Below are positions 54,028 through 64,000 of a stretch of DNA of 64,000 nt, in pieces. Positions within the stretch are counted from its first letter, which is position 1. Each line of letters begins with the position of its first letter. The stretch spans positions 199,330,001 through 199,394,000 of the forward strand of contig OX597815.1 in assembly GCA_951406725.2 (NCBI GenBank), given 5' to 3'. The notes under the pieces were generated by a model. That model had not been told where the DNA came from and ran no database searches. It saw nothing but the letters and a program-made list of their open reading frames with translations. Source of the DNA: Octopus vulgaris (taxonomy: Eukaryota). A program made the translations under genes and the position numbers.

Positions 54028-54217
54028 CACACACAAACACACACACACACACACACGTAAATACAAATATATATATTATACAAAATATTCCACGTAAACC
54101 CGATGTTTCTACCTTTAAAATCAAGGAGTTACAACCTCTTGTGTGACTTTTTGCTACCCTGGTAACTATCTATCTATTTTTTCCGTGTTAATTGTTAACA
54201 AGGGAAAAATACACTCA

Positions 54218-54286
<69 letters not shown>

Positions 54287-54344
54287 CCGGAGTAAACACA
54301 TAAATGTGAAACAAGGTGGAAAAAAGAGTACTCGGTTCCAGCAA

Positions 54345-54390
54345 AAACTGTCCGATGAACGGCAACGGGAAACTCAGAGTAACAGGTTTT
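54345..54390 (+). ncRNA. Minimal hammerhead-like motif (U4C) in module 54284-54420 between TA tracts
   Basis: aaacugu CCGAUGA acggcaacgg GAAA cuc-a-gag UA acagguuuu; stem II damaged. Confidence 0.55.
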
Positions 54391-54417
54391 GTTGAATTTT
54401 TTGCTGCTTTAAATAAA

Positions 54418-54475
<58 letters not shown>

Positions 54476-54479
<4 letters not shown>

Positions 54480-54605
54480 TACATTTAAACACATAAGAGA
54501 TGGCCATAGTAGGACATCTAACCCGCTAGAAGGAGTAGTTAACTACTCCTTCTAGCGGATCAGATGTCCTGCTATAGCTATCTCTTATGTGTTTAAATGT
54601 ACACT
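54476..54605. repeat. Spacer-less 130-bp palindrome
   Basis: 65-bp arms with 5 mismatches, centre GTAGTT|AACTAC. Confidence 0.9.
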
Positions 54606-54721
54606 GTATTTTTATATGAATAATATATCGTCTATTGACTAGTTTTTTCTTCTCGCTAGACGTCTAGTATAAAAAAAAATTCTAAATAATTTTTTTTTGC
54701 TGCCCAAAAATTTATTAATAA

Positions 54722-54826
<105 letters not shown>

Positions 54827-54957
54827 TATACACATGCACTTATATACACCACACAAGCACGCACGCATACACACACACAAATACATACATACATACATAC
54901 ATACATACATACATACATACATACATACATACATACATACATACATACATACATACA

Positions 54958-54989
<32 letters not shown>

Positions 54990-55114
54990 GAAAGGGATCG
55001 GAGAATAAAGTGTCATCTAAATTACGCAAAAATGAAAATAACACTGACATCTCATTTTAAAAGATATATTTATCAGAATTACATAAAAATATCTTGAAAT
55101 GCTAAAGAGTAAAT

Positions 55115-55232
55115 TTATTTGATAAAATCGCCATTGGCTTCAACCATGGCCTCCAGACGACTTCGGAATCTCCTGCAACTCTTCTGGACGGTCTCCTTGT
55201 TTAAGTTGGTAACTGCTGCCATGATCCTTGTC
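55115..55232 (-). pseudogene. Tc1/mariner transposase C-terminus
   Basis: RIMAAVTNLNKETVQKSCRRFRSRLEA.VEANGDFIK*. Confidence 0.7.
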
Positions 55233-55476
55233 AAACACATAGACACACATACACACAGATGCACACATGCAAACACATACACACACACGGATGCACACAT
55301 GCACACACACGTGTATATATATATATATACGATGGGCTTCTTTCAGTTTCCGTCAACTCACTCACAAAGCTTAGGTCGGCCCAGGGCTGTAGTAGGAGAC
55401 ACTTGCCCCAGGATTTTACGCAACGGAACTGAACTTGAAACAATATGGTGGAGAAGCAAGAGTCTTACGGCAAAGC

Positions 55477-55536
<60 letters not shown>

Positions 55537-56032
55537 GTGTGTGTGCGCGTGCGTGTGTGGTCGTGTGTGTGTGCATGTGTGTGTGCGTGCATGTGTGTGT
55601 ATATGTGTGTGTGTGCGTGCATGTGTGTGTATATGTGTGTAAGTGATTGCATGTGTATGTGTGTACGAGTGTGTGTGTGTGTGACTGATAGAATGTTCTT
55701 GTGTGCGAATGTGCGAGTCCGCTGCCCTAACCACTTGGCCATTGCACCTCCATATGTTGCTATACATGTACACAGAACTTATATACACACACATACATGC
55801 ACTCAAACACACTGGGTGTGATCTAATAGACCCTTTCACATTTAAATGATATATAAAATATCCATTCCATATTTTGTTTCAAAATGCTTTTAGACACTTT
55901 CAGCCCTGACATTGCGATTTTGTTGTTCACATCCTTACAAGTGTGCCCGCACCCGCGTGTTTGCGTCTGTGTGTGAGTGCGAGTGTATGTGAGTATGGGG
56001 GTGAGGAGCAAGTGAGTATATATGTACGCATC

Positions 56033-56197
56033 GGCGTAGCTGCATGGTATGAATTTTACTTCCCAATCTCATGATCCCGGGTTCAGTTCCACAGCGTGAC
56101 ACCTTAGACGTTAGTTTTCTACTATGGTCTCGGGCCGACCAAAGCCATGTGAGTGGATTTGGTAGGCAGAAACTGAAAGAAGCCCGTCGTATATATG

Positions 56198-56269
<72 letters not shown>

Positions 56270-56475
56270 TGTGTTTGTGTATCTGTGTTTGTCAACTCAC
56301 CATCGCTTTACAACCGAAGGTGGTGTGTCTACGTCCGCGTAACCTAGCGGTTCGGCAAAAGAGGCCGATAGAATAAGTACTAGGCTTACAAACAATAAGT
56401 TCTTGGGGCGATTTGTTCGTCTAAAGGCGGTGCTCCAGCATGGCCGTAGGCAAACGACTGAAACGAATAAAAGAA
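56033..56475 (+). mobile_element. SINE-A (older)
   Basis: Similarity to other copies. Confidence 0.8.
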
Positions 56476-56561
56476 TATATATATATTTATTTATTTATTT
56501 ATTTATTTATTTATTGAGTATTAAATAAAAAGAAGACAACAAACGGAAAACGTGATTTAAG

Positions 56562-56611
<50 letters not shown>

Positions 56612-56621
56612 TGTATGTATG

Positions 56622-56657
<36 letters not shown>

Positions 56658-56740
56658 TGTATGTATATATACATATATATATATATGTATGTATGTATGT
56701 ATATATATATATATATATATATACATTCACACACATACAC

Positions 56741-56796
<56 letters not shown>

Positions 56797-57259
56797 AATA
56801 TACAAAATAGTAAATAAGCAAACGAACGTATACTAAATACCCAAGCGAACAGATATCACAGAAGTTCACCAACTCCTCATCCGTTATCGACTAGAGGGTC
56901 AAACGCAATTTCGGCCATTATATTTTCGTGTGCGTGCGCGTGTGTGTGTCTTTATGCCTTTGTGTCTCTCTGTGCATGCGTATGTCGCCCACCACCTCTT
57001 GACTATTGTTATTGACTTGTTTACGTCCTCATAACCTAGCTGCTCGGCAAAACGGACCGATAGCATAATCATCAGGTTTAAGACCTAAGACCTGAGGCAG
57101 ATTCGTTCGACGTAAACCCTTTCAATGCCGCAGTTTTGTAACTGAAGCAAATAAATGAAAAATTGTTGAGAAAGTACATGTCTCCTGCAAACTCTGCAAG
57201 TTTCATGCGGTTGATGTCGTTTATGTTGTGTTTAAGCTGTCGAAGGACAACATCTACAG

Positions 57260-57478
57260 CAGTGGTTTTCAACCAGGGTTCCGCGGAACCTTAGGGTTCC
57301 GCCAGTACAGTCCAGGGGTTCCGCAAGAAGTTACAAAACTGCTAAAATCGGCAGTAATTTTTAATTCTCCTGAGCAGATATGTGTGCAAAAGACTATTAA
57401 ATTATTGCACAGGTGTTCCTCGAGGCAGTGGAATGTTTCCCTGGGGTTCCGCTCCAGCAAAAAGTTTGAAAAACACTG
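57260..57478. mobile_element. hAT (Charlie-like) MITE with perfect 8-bp TSD
   Basis: TIR CAGTGGTTTTCAAC and GTTTGAAAAACACTG; TSD ATCTACAG at 57252 and 57479; subterminal GGTTCCGC repeats. Confidence 0.9.
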
Positions 57479-57685
57479 ATCTACAGGAATGATATACGCG
57501 AGGAAGAAATTCTTGAGAATGATGAACTGAGCATTGTGACTTGAGCAGTGATAAGGTGGATGGACGTTGAAGAGCGAACTGCATGAGGTTACTTGAGTGT
57601 TGGAGATACGAGACCAGCTAGTCCCCATATGGGCCCAACACTTTCGTGTCCGTTAGTGTAGTCATAATCATAATATGAGAAGGTA

Positions 57686-58079
57686 GTGGAGGCGCAATGG
57701 CCCAGTGGTTAGGGCAGCGGACTCGCGGTCATAGGATCGCGGTTTCGATTCCCAGACCGGGCGTTGTGAGTGTTTATTGAGCGAAAACACCTAAAGGCTC
57801 CACGAGGCACCGGCAGGGGATGGTGGTGATCCTTGTTGTACTCTTTCACCACAACTTTCTCTCACTCTTACTTCCTGTTTCTGTTGTACCTGTATTTCAA
57901 GGGGCCGGCCTTGTCACTCTCTGTGTCACGCTGAATATCCCCGAGAACTACGTTAAGGGTGCATGTGTCTATGGAGTGCTCAGCCACTTACACGTTAATT
58001 TCACGAGCAGGCTGTTCCGTTGATTCGGATCAACCGGAACCCTCATCGTCGTAACCGACGGAGTGCTTCCATCCATCTC
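57686..58079 (+). mobile_element. SINE-C full length
   Basis: TSD AATATGAGAARGTA. Confidence 0.9.
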
Positions 58080-58664
58080 AATATGAGAAAGTACTCAATG
58101 TCCCAAAATCGCACAATATAACGCAGCAAGCGTACATGTCCAAAAGAGAGGAATCAAGGATGAAACAGAAACAGTCCTTTTCAGCATTGCGAAGTTTCCA
58201 ATCGATTTAAAGCTACCAGTTCAACAAAAGATCTGCCTCAGTCTAAACAGACGCAATGAAACAATACTTTCTGGTGTCTGTCTCTCTGCATAATACAACA
58301 GAGTATGTGTCTAATCGTTAACTGTACTTAGTAATGATATTGTGTCAAACTAAACATAAAGGGCAAATTGTGAAATGTTAATTTGTTGGAGGTTTTTTTG
58401 TATAACGCTTAAAAGGAATGATGTTACATATATATATATATATATATACATTGCACCCATACACACATATATCTATGTATGTGCGTGTGCTGTGTATATA
58501 TGTGTCTGCGTTCGTGCGTGTCTTTGCAGGTGTATGTATATACATACATACACATACATACACACAAACACGCATGCCTATATATATACATACATACATA
58601 TACTTGCATATGCATATATATATATATATATATATATATACAACACACATATACGTTCATACGC

Positions 58665-58711
<47 letters not shown>

Positions 58712-58726
58712 TAGATAGACAGACAA

Positions 58727-58768
<42 letters not shown>

Positions 58769-58801
58769 GGATAGATGGATGGATGGATGGATGGATGGAT
58801 G

Positions 58802-58864
<63 letters not shown>

Positions 58865-58886
58865 TGATTGATAGATAGATAGACAT

Positions 58887-58952
58887 GTTTCTTTATTAGC
58901 CACACAGGGCTGCACACAGACAGGACAAATTACAAGGTAGAGCTTTTCTTTT
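58887..58952 (-). mobile_element. Retroelement 3' tail at (GATA)n
   Basis: Copy of 14362-14425. Confidence 0.6.
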
Positions 58953-59266
58953 GAGGATATAGATGGATGGATGGATGGACGGGTGGATGGATAGAAAGAT
59001 AGATAGATATGTATTGGAAGGAAATAGGTTCCAAAGAATTCGCACACATAGCATACACATACACACACACACATACACACATACACACTTTCACAAACAC
59101 TCACACATACACACACATAATCTCGGATTAAAACCCAATTTTGCGGAAGGAACATATCTTGCAATCGGGAATACAGTGGCTTGCGGCTAGCGGATAACAA
59201 CGATAATTATATTCTGCAGCCCATATATAAACCGGCACCCATTTCCATAGGATTTTCTTAAGGATG

Positions 59267-59298
<32 letters not shown>

Positions 59299-59300
<2 letters not shown>

Positions 59301-59480
59301 CGCAGGAGTTGCTGTGTGGTAAGTAGCTTGCTTACCAACCACATGGTTCCGGGTTCAGTCCCACTGCGTGGCAACTTGGGCAAGTGTCTTCTACTGTAGC
59401 CTCGGGCCGACCAAAGCCTTGTGAGTGGATTTGGTAGACGGAAACTGAAAGAAGCCCGTCGTATATATGTATATATATAT

Positions 59481-59516
<36 letters not shown>

Positions 59517-59716
59517 TTGCGTGTGTTTGTGTGTCTGTGTTTGTCCCCCTAGCATTGTTTGACAACCGATGCTGGTGTGTTTATGTCCCCGTTACTTAAA
59601 TAAGTACTTGGCTTACAAAGAATAAGTCCCGGGGTCGAGTTGCTCGATTTAAAGGCGGTGCTCCAGCATGGCCGCTGTCAAATGACTGAAACAAGTAAAA
59701 GAATAAAAGAGTAAAG
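59299..59716 (+). mobile_element. SINE-A with small internal deletion
   Basis: Similarity to other copies. Confidence 0.85.
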
Positions 59717-59916
59717 AGATACAGAGCTCGAATATACAGATGAAAGAAAATATTGGAATGAGAACAGAATAGTGGAGGCTGAAATTGCATTAAGAAATAC
59801 CGTACCTTGATTGATAAACTTTTTTCGTTCGCAGGGTTCAGTTTTAATCTTAAACTTATTTCACGTTGATGTTAAATGTGGTTTAACATTAAATTCAGCC
59901 AACATATCTAGATCTA

Positions 59917-60148
59917 TCTTTTTTACTACCCACAAGGGGCTAAATACAGAGAGGACAAACAAGGACAGACAAAGGGATTAAGTCGATTACATCGACCCCA
60001 GTGCGTAACTGGTACTTAATTTATCGACCCCGAAGGGATGAAAGGCAAGTCGACCTCGGCGGAATTTGAACTCGGAACGTAACGACAGACGAAATACGGC
60101 TACGCATTTCGTCCGGCGTGCTAACGTTTCTGCCAATTCGCCGCCTTA
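59917..60148 (-). mobile_element. SINE-B with 16-bp TSD
   Basis: AACATATCTAGATCTA at 59901 and 60149. Confidence 0.9.
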
Positions 60149-60191
60149 AACATATCTAGATCTAGATCCAGTTCTAGACTTAGGATGCATT

Positions 60192-60521
60192 TGTATTTAT
60201 TTATGTGCCCTTTTCAAGCCTAGCCAGACTCATGGGCCCGGTTTCCCGATTTCTGTGGCGTATGTGTTCGCCTCCCCCTCCCCTCAGCTGGACGGGACGC
60301 CAGTCCATCGCAGCGTTACTCAAGAAACAGGAAGAGAGAGTGAGAGAAAGTTGGGGCGAAAGAGTACAACAGGGGTCGCCACCCCCACCCCCTTGCCGGA
60401 GCCTCGTGGAGCTTTAGGTGTTTTCGTTCAATAAACACACAAAACGCCCGGTCTGGGAATTGAAACCGCGATCCTCCGACCGCGAGTTCGCTGCCCTAAC
60501 CACTGTGCCATTGCACCTCCA
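60192..60521 (-). mobile_element. SINE-E full length
   Basis: C-type head; body CTGCGATGGACTGGCGTCCCGTCCAG; TSD CTTRGGATGCATT. Confidence 0.85.
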
Positions 60522-60867
60522 CTTGGGATGCATTACCTTTTTAAAATTTCTAAGATTCATTATTATTATTTTTGTTTTGTTTTCGGTGATATTACCAAAT
60601 TTTTGGATGACAGATTTCGCAGAGCATGGGGCAATATATCTTATGGTATTTATTTAATTCCTTTTGCGTTCCGAATACAAATTCTGACCGGACTTGTTTC
60701 GCCATCCATTCTTTCTAGGTTTTAATGATGGTTCGATAAATAGATTCTTGAGTTGATAATATTTCATCATTGCCATAATCCATTCACAAAACATTAACAG
60801 AAGAAAAGAATGAAAGGCAACAACAGAGATTGTATTAAACCATTAATTAAAAAAAAAAACTATTAAA

Positions 60868-61072
60868 CCGGTGAGATGGCAGAATCGTCAATTCCCCGGA
60901 CAATATGCTTAGCAGCGTTTCGTTTGTCTTTATTTTATGACTTCTGCTGGAAGTTGACTTTGTCTTTCATCTTTCTGGGGTCGATAAAATAAGTATCAGT
61001 TGACCACTGGGGTCGATGCAATCGACTTGCCCCGCTCCCGAAATTTCAGGCCTTGTACTTATGGTAGAAATA
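60868..61072 (+). mobile_element. Old SINE-B-related copy
   Basis: Head and core present. Confidence 0.7.
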
Positions 61073-61354
61073 ATTAATTGCAGAAAGAAACGTACTCTGG
61101 TATGACAACTCGCGGTCTACAGCTGAGAAAATATAGCAAAACTTATGAGTTTGGATAAGTAGGTATACAGTGGAGAGAAAAGACGTTTCAAAAATGTGTC
61201 TTTATTCTGCTGAAAACGCTTTTCAGAACTCTGATGAATGTTCAATCTCGAAACATGAGCTTCTTCATATCCCAATGGCTTCGGTATTTGTACAAACATA
61301 TTAATATCGCTGCAAAATACCACCGAGAATTGTTGACGAACTGGTCAATGGTGT

Positions 61355-61725
61355 GGAAGCACTCCGTCGGTTACGACGACGAGGGTTCCGGTTGATCCGA
61401 TCAACGGAACAGCCTGCTCGTGAAATTAACGTGTAAGTGGCTGAGCACTCCACAGACACGTGTACCCTTAACGTAATTCTCGGGGATATTCAGCGTGACA
61501 CAGAGAGTGACAAGGCCGGCCCTTTGAAATATAAAGTACAACAGAAACAGGAAGAAAGAGTGAGAGAAAGTTGTGGTGAAAGAGTACAGCAGGGATCACC
61601 ACCATCCCCTGCCGGAGCCTCGTGGAGCTTTTAGGTGTTTTCACTCAATAAACACTCACAACGCCCGGTCTGGGAATCGAAACCGCGAGTCCGCTGCCCT
61701 AACCACTGGGCCATTGCGCCTCCAC
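61355..61725 (-). mobile_element. SINE-C with 12-bp TSD
   Basis: GGTCAATGGTGT at 61343 and 61726. Confidence 0.9.
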
Positions 61726-62277
61726 GGTCAATGGTGTATCACTTTGTCGACCAATGTATTCTCTTGATTCGTATACCAGAATCATTTGCAGGATTGTGTT
61801 CATGGTCTAGACATCGGTTCTCAACTTGGGGCTCCATATGGCCCTTAAGGGTCCAAATAAAGGCGGTGCTCCAGCATGGCCGCGGTCAAATGCCTGAAAC
61901 AAGTAAAAGAGTAAAAGAGTAAAGAGTAAAGAGTACACACACACAAAAAGGGGCCATTTGCGTCTGTAAGCATGTGGAGGTATGTGACAGCATTTTTCTC
62001 TATTCTGCTTTTATTTCGTGAATCCACGTAGAATATAGGGGAAAATAAAATCTATATTGCGTACATATCCTTCTTTTTTTGTTCTTTTGTGTGCATTTTT
62101 ATTATTTTTTTTTTTCAAGCATTTCCACTGAAGGCTTTAAGGTGTCTTAATAAAAGAGAATATTTTATATATGCCAGCAGTTTAGACATGCACGCTTTGA
62201 AACTCACACACGAATACTCACGCAGCTGACACACACACACACACACACAAAGAGAGGTGTACATGTGTATGTGCATA

Positions 62278-62321
<44 letters not shown>

Positions 62322-62475
62322 TGTGCGTGACAGTGTTTTCTTTTATGTATATCTCTATTCAAAATTACCACCAACGTATTTACGTTTCCCTTTATTTCTT
62401 TTCAAGTTGATCTGCAAGGTTAAACTGACATTTCTCTTCAAATCTGTGAAAATTTGCTTTGTTTTGCTTTGTGAG

Positions 62476-62552
<77 letters not shown>

Positions 62553-62689
62553 TCCCCCACTCCTTCTCTCGCTCGCTTTCACAGGGAATATTTGGTAGAT
62601 TTCCAGTTCCCGCTCCATAAACACATATTTAATCTTCATTTTTGGGCTTATGTCTACGCGCACACACATCTCCACAACACACGCAATCA

Positions 62690-62986
62690 TATATATATAT
62701 ATATATATACATACATGTGCGTATACATCTGTGTATGTATGTATGTATGTATGTATGTATGTATGTATGTATGTATGTATGTATGTATGTATGTATGTAT
62801 GTGTGTGTGTATGTATGTATGTATGTATGTATGTATGTATGTATGTATGTATGTGTGTGTGTATGTATGTATGTATGTATGTGTGTGTGTATGTATGTAT
62901 GTATGTATGTGTGTGTGTATGTATGTATGTATGTATGTATGTATGTGTGTGTATGTATGTATGTATGTATGTATGCATGTATGTAT

Positions 62987-63046
<60 letters not shown>

Positions 63047-63108
63047 GCGCGCGCACGCACGCACGCACGCACGTGCGCACGCACGCACGCACGCACGCAC
63101 GCACACGC

Positions 63109-63141
<33 letters not shown>

Positions 63142-63144
63142 CGT

Positions 63145-63176
<32 letters not shown>

Positions 63177-63178
63177 GC

Positions 63179-63211
<33 letters not shown>

Positions 63212-63217
63212 TCGCGC

Positions 63218-63250
<33 letters not shown>

Positions 63251-63261
63251 CGTGCGCACGC

Positions 63262-63298
<37 letters not shown>

Positions 63299-63377
63299 TG
63301 TGCGCACGCGCGCACGCACGCACGCACGCACGCGCGCACGCACGCGCGCGCGCGCACGCACGCACGCACGCACGCGC

Positions 63378-63417
<40 letters not shown>

Positions 63418-63419
63418 GC

Positions 63420-63455
<36 letters not shown>

Positions 63456-63690
63456 GTGTGTGTGTATGTATGTATGTATGTATGTGTGTGTATGTATGTA
63501 TGTATGTATGTATGTATGTATGTGTGTATTTATGTATGTATGTATGTATGTATGTGTGTGTGTGTATGTATGTATGTATGTATGTATGTATGTGTGTGTG
63601 TATGTATGTATGTATGTATGTATGTATGTATGTATGTATGTGTATGTATGTATGTATGTGTGTATGCATCTGTGTATATATGTATGTCGT
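62690..63690. repeat. ~1-kb alternating purine-pyrimidine array: (GTAT)n - (GCAC)n - (GTAT)n
   Basis: Direct reading; GCAC/GC block at 62987-63456. Confidence 0.95.
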
Positions 63691-64000
63691 ACGTATATGT
63701 GTGTGTTTGTCCGTATGTCTATGCACATGTAGTAGTAAATAGAAGCGGGTGTATATAGACATTGCATCTGTGGTTCATCTAAATGAGGAATTTGGTCACC
63801 GAGCGTGCTCAACGCTTCAACAGGTAACCGGTAACATGACGTGTGTATATGGGAATGAAAGGATTTGAATATACGAATATCCATGTGTGGTTGTGTGTAT
63901 ACATACATACGTACCCACAAACATATACGTTCACATAAAAAACACACACATATAATAAATATGTGTGCATGCATTCAAGGGTTCGGGAGCAAGGGGCGGG

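Noticed and set aside
61231-61262. CTGATGA...GAAACATG hammerhead-like spacing
   Set aside because: Stem II does not pair and the U16.1 partner is missing.
62355-63974. Longest ORFs (up to 539 aa) and all YI/CV/HT/LSIY-rich ORFs
   Set aside because: They are translations of stop-free microsatellites with no protein-like complexity.
63975-64000. GGGGCGGG GC-box at window end
   Set aside because: A single motif at the boundary is insufficient to call a promoter.

Overview
AT-rich, microsatellite-saturated eukaryotic intergenic or intronic DNA. The SINE families and repeat style suggest an octopus or other coleoid cephalopod genome (inference). No intact host protein-coding gene is supportable, and nearly all listed ORFs are translations of (TA)n, (GATA)n, (GTAT)n, (CA)n or (CTT)n repeats. 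The window contains about 45 tRNA-derived SINE copies (informal families A-E, with shuffled head and body modules), LINE remnants (Dong/R4, RTE, CR1), Tc1/mariner, pogo and hAT remnants and MITEs, Helitron remnants, and Penelope-like elements (PLEs). One PLE carries a GIY-YIG endonuclease fragment between inverted pseudo-LTRs. The most striking signal is about 9 distinct minimal type-I hammerhead ribozyme (HHR)-like motifs at 11 loci, mostly in short, often fold-back modules at (TA)n tracts. Their catalytic cores vary: canonical CUGAUGA, GUGAACA (G3:C8 swap), UUGAAAA (U3:A8 swap), CCGANGA (U4C) and CUGAUGC. Most have a palindromic or near-palindromic stem III, consistent with dimer-dependent cleavage. 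Other oddities are SINE multimers with the same internal junction at three loci, a ~470-bp block that looks like the flanking (GTAT)n/(GT)n array with T changed to C throughout, and a promoter-like 409-bp insert flanked by an 81-bp duplication. All calls were made by eye, with no alignment, folding or database search.
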